Below are positions 15,257-28,901 of a DNA stretch of 64,000 nucleotides, piece by piece (within the stretch, counting starts at the first letter, position 1; every line of letters begins with the position of its first letter). A model generated the notes under the pieces. It made no database searches, was not told the origin of the DNA, and was given only the letters and a program-made list of their open reading frames with translations. Source of the stretch: Paramecium tetraurelia (taxonomy: Eukaryota); contig CT868319.1 in NCBI GenBank assembly GCA_000165425.1, positions 62,001-126,000 on the forward strand, written 5' to 3'. Made by a program: the position numbers and the translations under genes.

Positions 15257-15634
15257 ATGGCACCATCAAAATCACCAAAGGCAGAAGCCGCAAAAAAGAC
15301 AGTCAAGACAGTCAAGACCAAGAAGGGCTCAGATGACAAGAAGAAAGCAAGAAGACGATAAGAGACATTCGCTCTCTACATTTACAAAGTCTTGAGATAA
15401 GTCCACCCAGAAATTGGTGTTTCAAGAAAAGCTATGAACATTATGAACTCATTCATCAATGATATCTTCGATAGAATTGCCCTTGAAGCCAGCAAATTGG
15501 TTAGATTCAACAAGAGAAGAACCCTCAGCTCAAGGGAAATCCAAACCGCAGTCAAGTTGCTCCTCCCAGGAGAATTGGCCAGACATGCCATCTCTGAAGG
15601 AACAAAAGCCGTCACCAAATACACAAGTGGTTGA
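15257..15634 (+). CDS. H2B: Histone H2B (125 aa, intronless)
   Basis: [14 protein letters not shown]...[46 protein letters not shown]...[13 protein letters not shown]; the in-frame TAA at the conserved Gln of (K/R)QVHP confirms the ciliate code. Confidence 0.98.
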
Positions 15635-15937
15635 CTTATAAAATTTAATTCATATCAAATTAAAAATGCCTCCATTTTCCCAATTTTCAGATTTTTAGAA
15701 TCCATACCACTCCTCCTTCCAATTACTTTTTTCTCAAAATTCACACACTTTACAAGCTATATTTCCTCTTCGATATATAGCTTCTCTGTTTTTTAAGGCA
15801 TACAAACAAAAAATAAATTTTAGAATTTTGTAGATAACAATCTGATGCCTATCTTGAAGATATTAATGAATTTATGCCAAAATAATAAAAGTAAAATATA
15901 TAAGGAGATTTTTTTTCTTCAATTATTATTAAAAATT

Positions 15938-16318
15938 ATGGAATTAAAATAAAAGATTGGAAGATTCGCTATTTTTATGTTCTTTGTTGGATTTGCAATT
16001 ATTTAAGTACTAAATTTCACAAGAGCTATTGAAAAATCATTTGAGATAACTAGTAAGGTAATTTACTTCTTTTCAGGAGAAACAAAAAGTCTTGCTTTAT
16101 TGGATGTATTTTTTTTAGTTCCTGGATTTTTGTATTGTTTTGCTCTATTAAATTTTGTTGTGGGCCTTGGATTGCTACTTAAATGGAAGTATGTAAAATT
16201 AATTGGTTCTCTCTATTTACTTTTATGTAAAATTTTTTTACTCAATCATATGTTTTCACAATCTTCTGAAGATTCATTTTTATTTTTAGGAATTCTAGGA
16301 ACCATAATATTAGCATGA
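15938..16318 (+). CDS. Small multi-pass membrane protein (~120 aa)
   Basis: ATG 15938 to TGA 16318 in one frame (possible 24-nt intron); about four hydrophobic segments. Confidence 0.55.
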
Positions 16319-16774
16319 TTTATTAAAAAATATATAATCAATTATATTTTAGTTGTTTTATAAATTTAATATATTAATGATCACATTTTATTTAATATAT
16401 CTTATTTTGTTTCATCTAAAGTTGGATTGTAATCTAAAGAACTCTATTCTCTATTTATTTATACAACAATGAACTCATAATTGAATTATTCCTTATTAAT
16501 ATGGATTTCTTAAAAAAAATAATCATACTATTGTGTCAGTATGAATTTACATTTGTTTTGAATATTAGATGTTTCATGTAATGTGAATCATTAAAGTAAG
16601 TAATTTTCAATTCAACAAGATTTCTCTATTTTTTCCATTAATAGAACTATGGTCTATATAGTTATTACATATTTCGGTTGGGTGACTTGCAATTCAAGGA
16701 TCTCTAAAAAAGAAAGGATAATACTTTGTATATTTTTAGAATTAAATTTCTCCTTGAATAATTAATAATAAATT

Positions 16775-19700
16775 ATGAAATTAGTGAAACCGCCTCTCTA
16801 GGTTAAGGAAAAATAATGGGACAATCGTTTTTATTTGGGAAAGCTGAGTGATCACGAAATTAAGAAATAGTTTATGATTAAGAAGAAATCTGTAAGAAGA
16901 CCAACATCAACGAATAAAATTGTAGTAGATGAAAAACCGCAAGCAATACGACTTTATGAATTATAATTATTGTGGGAATAATTCCGTATTCCTCAATTTC
17001 ATAGGGCATACTTTCTTCAATATAATGAAAAAGATCTTGATGCTATTTTAAGGGAAACAGCTGAAATAAAGATAAAGTAATCCATAGTACAAAAGTTAAT
17101 GAGTCTAATTAAAGGTAGGGAGAGATGCTTAAACTATTTAAAAACTGAAACATTTGAGGAACATAAATTCTCAGAGCTTTTATTTCATCTTCGAATTTTA
17201 ACAGTCAATGTTATTGAGCAATTTAAAAAATGGAGAGATTCCCTCAATAGATGTGTTAGGTGGAGAATAGACGAAATCGATTATCTCGTTAAATTAAGAA
17301 CAGACATTGATTTTCTAAAAGAATACTATTAAGATTACTAGAGAGACCCATTTATGTTGTGGTTGTATAAATTAGGTAAGTTTGACGCAGTGCATTCGAA
17401 TTATCATTAACTATAGAAAGACATGATGAAAAGAATTCGTGATTGGTAATCATATAATATTATTATATTTTAGTGAAATTTTACTCATAGAGAATGATTA
17501 CTTTGACATGTAAACCAACATTTTATCAAGAAAAGAAGCCTAACTGATAAATAAATATCTAAGAGAATCTACAATTCAAATGGAAGATTAACTAAAAAGT
17601 TAAGAGTTAAAACCTTTTAGTCCCAACATTAAATAGACTAAAACAGTTTAAATTTAGGATAATCTGACTATAGTTCCATAAATTGTTAGAAATAAAGATT
17701 AATTCATCAATCTATTGAATCAAGTTAAAAATGATAGCGATATTGAGAGTTCATTTCCGATGAGAGACAATTTGTTTGAAATAATTGATTTTCAGGATTG
17801 TCATATTTTAGCATTTATGTAGCATTAAAAAATTAAAGGCATTTGCATTAGTTAAAGCGATTAGTCTGAATAATATCGTAAAGTCATTATAGAATAAATT
17901 AAATTGGAAAGTTTGCAGCTGTTTCCTCAATTCATCTAATAATTAACCAATTATTTAATTGGAAATGAAATAACAATCAAATTGGTTCATTATATGTAGA
18001 ATGAAAAACTAATTGACTGTGAGTATTTAAAAGTTGCATTAAAATAAGAAGGATTCAGATGGAAGTAGTAGACAAATGATTGTGAAAGAAATATCAGATA
18101 TACAATTTACTATAAGAAGAAGGAATATCAAAACCAAATAATGAATCAGTTTAAATTTAATTTTCATGTTCATAGTACAAAATTAAATTAATTGATGCAA
18201 TTGGTTTATAATAATATCCATGAAAGCACTGATATAGCTTAAAAATTTAAACGTTATGCTGATTCAAGGAAATTTGAACATAATCCCCCTCAAATAAAAT
18301 TGAAACCACACGTCTGTGATGACAGAATAATTTTATTGGATCTAAAAATTAAATTACCAGCTTTTAAAACAGAAGTTAGAAATGAATATAAATATTACAG
18401 AATTGTATTAAAATTATTCATAATTAGATTTAAGAACCTGAAATAAGTAATATTTCTTTTATAGAAATAGATGGATAAATTATATATGCCTTATCCTTAT
18501 TGGACAATGATTATAATATCCTTATTTCTAAAGATCAAATCAACCATGAAACAATTTAAATATCCTAATTTTAACCAACATAGGAAGATCTCTCAATTCC
18601 AATGTTTTGTTATAATGATGAAATAGCAGACATTTTTAATCATCACATCAAATTGCAATTTGAACACTTCATGGTAATCAATAGGAAGCCTAACACTCAA
18701 CAGTAATCAATTGAAATTAAGCCTGAAACCTTTTATTTTTCCATACTATACGAAGGACATATAATAAACTCATTTAAGATTCAGCATCATCATCTGATAA
18801 AATTTAAGCCATTTAAGTCGTAACTCAAGATAAGTGAGGATGTCAATATTGATACATCTAAATTTATCTTACCTTGCTTCCCATTAATTTAGAAAACTCT
18901 TGAATCTGAGCCACTTAAAGTCATTATTAAGAATTATGAATGTATATGTGCATTAGACAATTATGCGAGTGCTAGAAAATGGGTGATTTATACAATTGTC
19001 GGATGCCAAGAGAGTCAATTCAAGGATGTGCTTGAATCCTTAATAACTTAATTGACCATAATTGACCCGAATATTTAAGAAGTTGGTATTGAGTAATTTA
19101 TATGGATAATTTAGTTTTTATCATGAGATGGTGAATGGAGAATATACTGTTAATAAAAATGTTTAGAAGCAACTTACATCGCTTGGATTCAAGTGGAAAA
19201 TATAGATAAATGAAGCCAATGAACACACAAGATTTACTAAATATTTATTAAAATTACAGAGAGAAACACAAGTTGTTGACAATCTAGTGGTTCAATATTT
19301 TTGTACCCAAGACTTCGCAGATGTCAACGTTTAGCCATTAATTCAATAGTTTTCAATATTTTATTAAACTTTGACTCAATCTCAATTAGTTGTAAAGAGG
19401 GTATCTCATTCAATTTATATTGATAGAACAATTTAATTCCTTTTTCAAAATATTATAATAAGGATATTCCTCCTGAATTATAGACTGATTAAATGTTAGA
19501 AACTAGAATTTCATAAATTTTATAAAATTGCAAGTACGGAACCAAGAATAACATTGATTACATCATTTTTAATGTAAGTGTAACTATTAATATGAAGAAC
19601 TAAGTTATTACGAGTAATAAGCATCCTGAGTTGGGGACTATTTACTTTATTTAACTCTTTGACATCGTCCTATGTTTCTATCAATTGGAGAAAGAGATTA

Positions 19701-19983
19701 ATACAGAACGCATAGCCAGTTTGATTTAATAAGTAAGTACTTCACATATAATAAGTCTACAAGTGATGAGAATGAATAATAGGGAAGCTTAGGTGTTGAA
19801 TTCAGTCAATACAGCAAAGCGGGTAGCAACTACTCTATGGAGATAAACTTAACTATGGAGAAGCGCATCGCCATAGAGATGTAGGATTTTAAGACTATAT
19901 CGAAACCTTACTTTATTGGCTTAATTGAGCCTAATTGGTATGAGAAACATAATTAGATGATAGCATCTATGATAATTTTATGA
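16775..19983 (+). CDS. Large hypothetical protein: N-terminal helical domain plus two tandem ~370-aa repeats
   Basis: Continuous multi-intron model; N-terminal LRILTVNVIEQFKKWR..WRIDEIDYLVKLRTDIDFL; repeated GF(R/K)WK..N....R(Y/F)T.Y motif at ~18051 and ~19185. Confidence 0.65.
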
Positions 19984-20051
19984 AATTTATTTTATAATGC
20001 TTATTAATGAGGAGGTTTTATTTTTATTTTGTGGGTATTTATGTATAAAAT

Positions 20052-20279
20052 TCATTTAATTTCTTTTAAATCCAAATATTTGTAATTCCAATTATTTGAT
20101 ATTTGATTAATTTCTGGAACATCCTTGCATAGAATCCCAAATGTCGAAAATAAAAAGAAGGAACACAAAAAAAATGGACGAACTAATCTGATGTTCTTGC
20201 CAGAGGATAAACTATCAAAATCATGATAGAAGAGGGGGAACTCCCTAAACGTTGCTTTTACAAGTTTCCAATAATCCAT
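20052..20279 (-). CDS. Small single-pass membrane protein (75 aa)
   Basis: ATG to TGA, intronless, one hydrophobic stretch (PFFLCSFFLFSTFGIL); fills the gap between two genes exactly. Confidence 0.55.
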   Translation of the reverse strand: MDYWKLVKATFREFPLFYHDFDSLSSGKNIRLVRPFFLCSFFLFSTFGILCKDVPEINQISNNWNYKYLDLKEIK

Positions 20280-20298
20280 AATTAATATTATTAAATTT

Positions 20299-22601
20299 AT
20301 GAATACTTATGACAATCAATAACGAAATGTAACTTAAGTTAGATTTGGAACCGAACAATCAGTAGCCTCTTCAATTTCAGCCTTCCCAAAACGAACTCAA
20401 GTTGAATTATTTTGTTATCGTCATCCAGACAGATTTATACATTAAGGATGCACAGCGTTGAACTGTTAGAAGATGATCATGTGTCCATAATGCAACACCG
20501 ATGATGATACACATTATCAAGAACACAAAGAGGATATAGTTGAATTCCCTCATTTTTTAGAAATCCTGGCATCAGAGATTAAAAAAGTCAATAGAAATGA
20601 CAGCATGTAAGCATTATCCATAATTAAGGTTATACAATAAGAATGTTAAATAGCTTTTAGAAAAGGAACACACTTATTTATTAGAATATGATAATCTATG
20701 TAAAAAGTAGGTGAAATACTTTAATCAATTAATTGATGATCAAACCTCCTTAATTATGCAGCATTTCTATATCTTAAAATAAACCATTAATGCATTCTTT
20801 GACAGTAATTATTTTAACAATAAATAGTTAGAGCAATTCAATACTTTTTCAAATAATATTCATTTCTTCAAAACCCAGTACTAATAAATTAACCCTGAAG
20901 AAACCTTGGCTCGATATGGAGATGTGCCCCAAATAGTTGCTAAGTTGTATGCCAAAAATCCTTAGTAATGTTTCCACTTCTTAAATAATTTGAGAAAATC
21001 AGCCAATATGGAAGGCCAATTACTTTCAGACCTAGACTATATTTCTAATATGGTTTTGAGAAATTATGAAGATTAATCTTACTTTCTCTAAGAATTTGCC
21101 TTAAATCAATTAAAAAACTCTGTTGCTGATATGATAGATCAAACAAAAATTGCAGTCAATGACAGCTTGAAACAAATACCAAAACTTACCTAAGATGTCC
21201 ATGCTAGTGTTGTGTCTTAAGCATTTATCTCTTACAATCGTCATCAAGTGAAGTTGGCTTAACCTGAATTATTTGAAAACAGAAAATTTAGATTCGCCAA
21301 CGTAGCTTAGATACAAACACATCACTCAAATAGTGTTACTGCTCTCGTGGCACTTTCACATGACATACTTGCTACAAGTTCATATGATCGAACAATGAAA
21401 ATCTGGAAGATTTCATCAGGTGAATTATTGAAAACAATATATGATACATGTTGCATATCTAGCATGATTAGTTTGAAAATAAAAAATGATAAAAATACTT
21501 AGGCTGATTCTTATACAGATGAAGAGAATTCACAACTACACAATCAAATACTCAAAGGTAATTTGAGTAATTCTGGATTTTATTTGATAACTGGAGGGTT
21601 TGATAAATAAATTAAAGTTTGGGATTTCGACATCATGGTTAAGGATAACTAATACGAAATGGATCGAATTGCTAAATATGAATCCTCATTGTTGAGTTAA
21701 TCTTATAATCTATCAGTCTTCCCTATTCACACATTGAAAGGTCACAATAGTTGGATTACTGCTTTGCTCTCCTTTAATGACGAAAGAAACATAGCAGCAG
21801 GTGATGATTCAGGAGAAGTGATAGTGTGGGACATAATCAATCAAGTTCTATTATATCGATTGACTCATATAAGAAATCCAGGAATTGTTCCATTTCTTAG
21901 TCTCACTATTCCATTTTAATAATTTTGCTGTTCTTCTGGAACTTACTTAAGAATTTACTCATGTAATTTTTTTGAATCTCTATACTTTAGTATTTTATAA
22001 GTCCCAAGAAGAAATATATCCGAATCCAAAATTTAAAGAAAGACTGGAGGCTAAATTTGCTCCAAAAAAAAATCCTATTTAGATTGCTCCACAACTATCA
22101 AACGTTTAATTGGATAAGGAGATTGATATTTTTTGGGGAATCACAGGATGCATAAGTCCAAGTAATTATCCGAATCTCCTTATTGTATTTGGTAATCAAC
22201 CAAACAAATTAAAATATGTTATACTTAATAAAAATAAAGTTGTTGAAATTAACACGGATAATGGAACTTATTGTGGGCAATTACTTCTGATTGAAAAGCA
22301 TAGGATTCACGATACTCAAATGGACTAATTCTATAAGAACATAAATTTCATAATGATGGGAGATAAGAGTCTAGCAGTGTATGATGGCTATGGCACAAAA
22401 ATCAGAGTATTGGAATCATAGATGGATGATCTTTATGCTAGCAACATTTTATGTTAAAGGAATATGTAGATTCTGAAACTTGAAAAAAGAAGTGTGAAAA
22501 AAACATTGAAATTTGCTTGTGTTTCACAATATGGCACTCAAGATTACAAATACAAATCAGCCAGAATAACCCTTTTTGAAATTTCTTATGATACGATATG
22601 A
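20299..22601 (+). CDS. B-box-like Zn finger + coiled coil + WD40-repeat protein
   Basis: FCYRHP...GCTALNC..MCPQC...H..EH; WD repeats HSNSVTAL..LATSSYDRTMKIW, LITGGFDKQIKVWD, GHNSWITALL..AAGDDSGEVIVWD. Confidence 0.8.
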
Positions 22602-22719
22602 TGTTATGATCAAAGTAGCATTTTCAATAAAATCTTTATATTATTTATAAAATTAGTAGTTTATAATAGTGCTTCATATATATATATATACTTTTATAAC
22701 ATTATTAACTCTAAAGAAA

Positions 22720-25700
22720 ATGCAGTCGATGAAGTCTTAAATTTTAAATAGGGAAATATTGAATTTGATTTAATACATGATATTATAGTTTAAGATATGG
22801 AGTTATGACGAACTTATTCGTGCATATCTTTCGAGCATAATAAGGTAATTACGCAAATATAAATTAATTAAAAATCTTATGTTTTAATTGTATGAGAATG
22901 CCGAGAATTCAACCTACTCTTTTGAGTTCAAGTTGGATCTAACCTTGTTGAATGTGTTGCGATCATTCACACACAAAGATCATGAATTTCAGGAGGGTAT
23001 AAAATTAATAAGATTTAAGGGTATTTGGAATCAATTTATGCATTGTTGTACTACTATCAGGGGAAGCCAGAGAGTGAGTTATTTTCAGAGTACTGTGCCT
23101 AGAAGGGAAATCACACAATCGAGGCTTTAATATTTTAGGGTAACATTAATTGAATATACGTAGTGCATTATTATATTGCATCGCTAGCAAATTTAAATTA
23201 GTTGGTGGGATTCCTGAAGGCAGACGAGAACAAAGTTATCCCATTATCGAGAAGTGACATCAACAAAACAAATATCTTGTCAGTGCATTCGATCACAGAT
23301 CGAGTGGGTTCCATAAATAGCACTGTATTGGTGAGCAAGTCCTAGACTGTGAAACCAGAGTATCTTGATTTAAGAGTGAAGATATGCACCTATGAGAATA
23401 AAGAGGAAGGAGTATTTTCTATAGATTATAATGTGCTCTCATTGGCAATATAAGCCAAAGGTAAGTTGGATCCATTGGTAGGAAGTCATTTGGCCAATAA
23501 ATTGAATAAGATGTTTAAATTGGAGTTGTATCACATTCTCTTGCATTTTGCCGATAAGAAAGGGTAGGTGACAGAGAATTATGATGAAAGATGCATGATC
23601 ATTGTAAATGGAGTCAGCAATTTCTCATTTCACAAAAAGGAGTTCACTGATTTGAGAGACAAGTTCATTAGACTCTCATATGGAAATGTGGAGAAGAATG
23701 TCGATGAAATAACTAAGTTATTAATGGACTTAGACCAAGATGTTGGTAAATCAATTATAGCAAGAGATACAAAGAGTAATCATTATTTGGAGAAATTATT
23801 GGTTGGTTTGTTGGGAAATCCATTATAATTGATAAGAGATCAAGCAATCATTTTATTGAATATTTTATATGATGGTGTGGATTGGTAAAAGAGAGTGCCA
23901 TTCAAACCCAAGATAACAAAGGTAGGATCTAAATTTGATATACAATACTTATTTGAATATGATTCATCATATCCTTTAAGTTCAATTGTTATTCTCTTGA
24001 AGAGTTACATATTTGATTCTGGATGCAAATAAAATATAGTATCATGGCACAAACCTAAATTGAGTGAGTATAGTAATTAGGGAGATAAAAAGTATATGGC
24101 ATTTAAGATGGATTTTGGTAGATTCAAGAGATGTGGTTTTTATGATTGGAAGTTAATTAGAATGACAACTTCTGGTAAATTGCAGAGTCTTCAGAAAATT
24201 ATGAATTTGGATGAATTGAAAAGCAATGTTGAAATTACAGCACTTCAGATGATGGAAGCCAAACCAATTCAAGGAAGATTTATAGTTCATCCTAGAGATT
24301 CTAAGAACTTACAAATTCATGAAATTTATGTTGATTTGTTGGATGCTAAACCAGATAATCAAGGTAAGTTCACAAAGAGGGGAAATTTCAGAAAAGTTCG
24401 TGAAAAAATACCTGATTTAGTATAATAAGGAATTAATTGTGTTTATTTAATGGGTACTTTAGAGAGAGATAATGGATTAATGATTGATTAAGACAAACAA
24501 TAAAAGTTGTTTAAGAGACCAGATGTCAGTCCATTGGCCATTACTTGTAGATTAACACCTAATTAAATGTTGGGAGGCAAAGAGGAGTTCATGCAATTAA
24601 ATAAGGTTGCTCAATAAAACAAATTAAGAATAATAGTAGATATGGTTACACGTATAAGTAGTGCAAGACCTCATCGAAAATACAGAAAGGATTTGGTATA
24701 TAGATTGGATGAGTAAGGAAGATCAGTTGCTATGTTTGGTACGGATGGAAGATCTATACATTTTGAAGATACAATCATTTTGAACAATAGAAAAAAGAGA
24801 GTTTGGGATGTCTTATTGGAAGAAATGATAGAATTGACAACTCAATACAATATTCAAGGGGTTCATTTGGATAATGGATCTTCATGGCCATAAATATTTT
24901 CTCTTGATTTGGATGAGATGTATAGAAAGGACACTGATGGCAATCAAGCATATTCCAATAAATAAATCTTTAGTGGTGAAATCTGTTTATAAAATGAAGA
25001 TTGTGGTTATTGGGGTTCAAGTGTCAAAAACCTATATCCAAATCCATTTTTAGTAAAGATTTGTAAGTCCTTATGGAGTAAGTTCCCTAACTTTTTGATT
25101 GTGGCAGAGGCTTGGGGTGCAATGGGAGAATAAGAAGAAAGAGAGATCAATCTGATTTAAAGTGGTGTGATTCCTAGATTATTCAAGTTACCAATTGCTA
25201 TTGCATCCATATTTGGAGAAAATTTGAAGAAGGATGGTACTATGGTCAAGATGGAGAGAAAGAATGTTAATGCAATAAAAAAGTGGATTGAATACACAGC
25301 CAAATAATATCCAGCAGGCAGTATCATAGTTTAGAGTACAACATATAATTCATGGCCTTATCCTGCTTTAATTTATAAACGAGGTACATGGGCAGCTGTA
25401 GATTTGTTCTTTACTTTGTAAGATATTCCTATGACTTTTATGGGAGAGGAAGAAGGGTTCGCATTTCGAGAAAAAACAACTAATGTGTTCAATTATGTGA
25501 CAAAACATGAGAGTTCAGAAATCAAATTGTAAGATCCAACTTAATAAAAGACACCACAGAGATCACTCAAGAGAGCTGAATCTTATGTTTAAGTTAATGA
25601 GGATTATGGATTTGGATACAATACATTAACACATCAAGTTTAATTATAGATTACATAATCACCTGCCAAATCCAGTAATAGTGGCTAACCTGTAAGAGTA

Positions 25701-28497
25701 CAAAGTGGTTCATCATTGTCATAGATGGATATCTCCAACATTGCAACAGCTCAGGAGAATTTTAGAAGAGAAGTGGGACCATAATTTGGATTCGATTTAT
25801 AACAGATTGGAAAACATTATGTTCACATTAGACAAATGAGAAAACAACATAAAGTGTTAAGAAATGGATAGATGGTATCATTGTCAGCTGAACATATGTA
25901 TGGATGGCATACACATGTGTTGGCCTTTGCTAGGTATTCTAAAGATGAAATGGCCTTGATTGCTATAAATTTTAATGATGGTGAAATTGATATGTTCATG
26001 AATCTTAGAAATTTAAGATATTATTTTCCTAATTCAGAAAGATCTAATATTGTTGTAAGATTACGAAATTGGTCATATCCTAATTTGGAGAATGAAGAGA
26101 CAAGCTACTTTTATATTGGTAACTTTTTGACATCCAGATTAGAGGTTCATCTGAAGAACTTTTAATCTTAAATTTGGGGAGTTGAAATCTTAGGTAACTC
26201 TTAGGAGGTCCAATAAAAAGCTTAGAAAAGTGCATTGATTAGATTGTAATAGAAGATGTCATCAAACATTCCATTAACTATCTATGGAAATGATGCTGCA
26301 AATAAGTTGACATTATTAACAGACAACTTGAATTCTTTGTAGTAATTTATCAATGGCTTTTCTCACTATTACACTCGAGTGATTAAACCAAATAACTTTG
26401 ATTTGAATAGATTGATCAGTTCAATGAAGGATTTCCAATCTAATAAAGTGAGATTGTGTAAACTATTTGCATTCTTCTAATCGATACTTGGAACTCAAGA
26501 TAAGAATTTGCCTTTCTATGACACACTATAATAATTGATTAATCTTAACAAATTGGGACCCATGTGTTTCTGTACTCCTGAGTTGGGCAAATGGACTACA
26601 ACTGGTGGATTGGGAGTAATGGTAGATGAATTAACATAAGAATTAGCCAAAATGAATGAAGAAGTCATCCTGATCACTCCTTATTATCATAGAAATAAGA
26701 AAGGGGAAACAGGATATATACTCAGTGATGGATTCTAGCACATTAGAAATATCGAAATTTGGTTGTAGGGTGAAAAGATAATAATGGGTGTTTTTGAAGG
26801 AGTTTTCAATGGAGTAAGATTGTTTTGGTTACATAATGAACAATATTTCCCATCTGCATATGCAGGGGAAGATGCTAGTTATGTTATGAAATAATTAACA
26901 GTTTATGCTAAAGGATGTTTAGAATTATTATGTTAAATCAAACTTATTCCTTCATTAATTGTCACTAACGATTGGTTCTGTGGTTTAATCCCAGGATATC
27001 TCAGAGTAAGAAGATATGGCGAAGCCTTTGCTGGTACTAAATCATTTCACATTGTTCACAATTTGGACCCTTTATATGAAGGAAGACTTTATCCAAAACC
27101 AAACGAAGGAAAATTGGACTATATTCATGAACTTCCTAACGATTTCTTTGTTGATCCATACTGGCAGAATTTAGTTATAAACCCATCAAGATGTCCATTG
27201 ATTACATGTGATAATTGGGGAACAGTTTCTTAATCTTATAAATATGAATTGTTAGAGTCCTCCCCATTAGCAAGTGTGTTGAGGAGACATCCTCATCCTT
27301 TTGCTTTTCCCAACGGTATCAGAAGAGAATAAAGATTCAAGGTGATTATGGATAAAACTAACAATGATCATTTGAAGGCCAAGGAATAATTGTAAAAGAA
27401 ATATTTTGGTTGTTCCTAACTTGAAAATCACATTGTTGTACTAGGCTTTGTAGGTAGAGTCACTAAACAAAAGGGAGTTCATCTCATATTGGAAGTTGCT
27501 GAAGAACTAATTTAAAGAAGTCAAGGCACTGTTTAGATATTAGTTGGTGGACCTGCTGATATGAAAGAGGAGTACAGTGCATTTTGTGCTTAGAATATGA
27601 TCAGATTGAAATCTATTTATCCTAGGAACTTTTGGGCTGATCCATCTGCATTCTTTATGGATGGTACTTTAGTGAATGTTGGTTGTGATTTTGGATTAAT
27701 GCCATCATTATTCGAACCTGGAGGTATAGTTTAACATGAGTTCTTTATTGGAAGCACTCCAGTTATTGCCTTTAAGACTGGTGGGTTAAGGGATACTGTC
27801 CATGAATATGATTAGAAACAATAAAAGGGATCTGGATTCATTTTTGATTAATACAATAGAGGAAACTTCTTATATTCTATAGACAGAGCTCTCTAATTAT
27901 ACAAGAATCAAGACTAGTACACTCAGCTAAGAAAAAATGCCTTTGATGCAGCTATTGATGTTGCTGATGTAAGCAGAGCATGGGCTTAAGAATATTACAG
28001 ATTATTTGAAAAGAACTTTATAGATAAAGAATTAGTTTAGTAAATGGTTGGACAAATTCAATAAGATTATAAAGAATTAAAGGAACAAGAGCTTTTTACA
28101 AAAGAAGAAGGAAGAGTAATGATTTTATATCTATATTTAGGTATTTTCTAATTCAGACAAAACCCTTAAGAATTTTGAAAGGATTTTGGCTCATGCAAAG
28201 AGATCCAATTTGAGATTACATTAATTTGTGTATCGATCAACTAGACTGTTGCAACCAAGATAAGTAGCTGTGTCTGGTTCATTTGATGAATGGAAGGAGA
28301 AACACAAACTCAAATTTGATCATTTCTCCAAGGTCTGGAATGTTACACTGAAACTCCTTCCTGGAGAATATTAGTATTTAATTTATATTATACTAAGTTA
28401 TAAATTCTATGTTGATGGAGAGTGGATTTGCACAGATGACGATCTTAAAGATAACGACATATATGGTAATATAAATAATTTTGTCATCATTTAATGA
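22720..28497 (+). CDS. Multidomain glycogen/starch synthase: GH13 alpha-amylase-like + GT5 glycosyltransferase + C-terminal CBM48 (~1900 aa)
   Basis: GH13-like: IHEIYVD, GINCVYLMG, LGGKEEF..LRIIVDMV, GVHLDNG, LIVAEAW. GT5: PELGKWTTTGGLGVMV, VTNDW, HNL, PNGI, FVGRVTKQKG, LMPSLFEPGGIVQ, KTGGLRDTV. CBM48/AMPK-beta-like: VAVSGSFDEWKE..LLPGEYYYKFYVDGEW...GNINNFV. No TGA found between the domains. Confidence 0.9.
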
Positions 28498-28901
28498 GCG
28501 ATGGATTGATATTAATAAACATATAACAGTAATATCAATTAAATATTTTATTCCTTCAACCTCCCTTTTTTATTTACAATTTCATTACCTATTTTAATAG
28601 ATCGATTTTAATGAAAATTTGTAAAAAAATCATCTTAGCATTATTCAATTATTTATATTAATATGTAGGATATTTCTTTTGGGCAAAAAGTTAATAAAAC
28701 CATTGTAATGTACCGAGTAAGCAATCTATAGCATAAAAATTAAAAGAAAATATAATTGTTTTAATAGTATGATAGAATGAGGAGAAGAATGAGAAGATAG
28801 ATTAAAATATTTTTGTTAATTATAGATGTAATGAATAAAATGCAATATGCTTATTATTATAACGTTTAAAATTAACTGCTATTACAAAATAATTTAATAA
28901 T

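Noticed and set aside
15382..15641. ORFs 15382-15624 (-) and 15459-15641 (+) overlapping H2B
   Set aside because: Antisense and shifted-frame shadows of the histone gene.
15635..15760. Histone 3' stem-loop downstream of H2B
   Set aside because: No match to the metazoan 16-nt hairpin; only pyrimidine-rich sequence.
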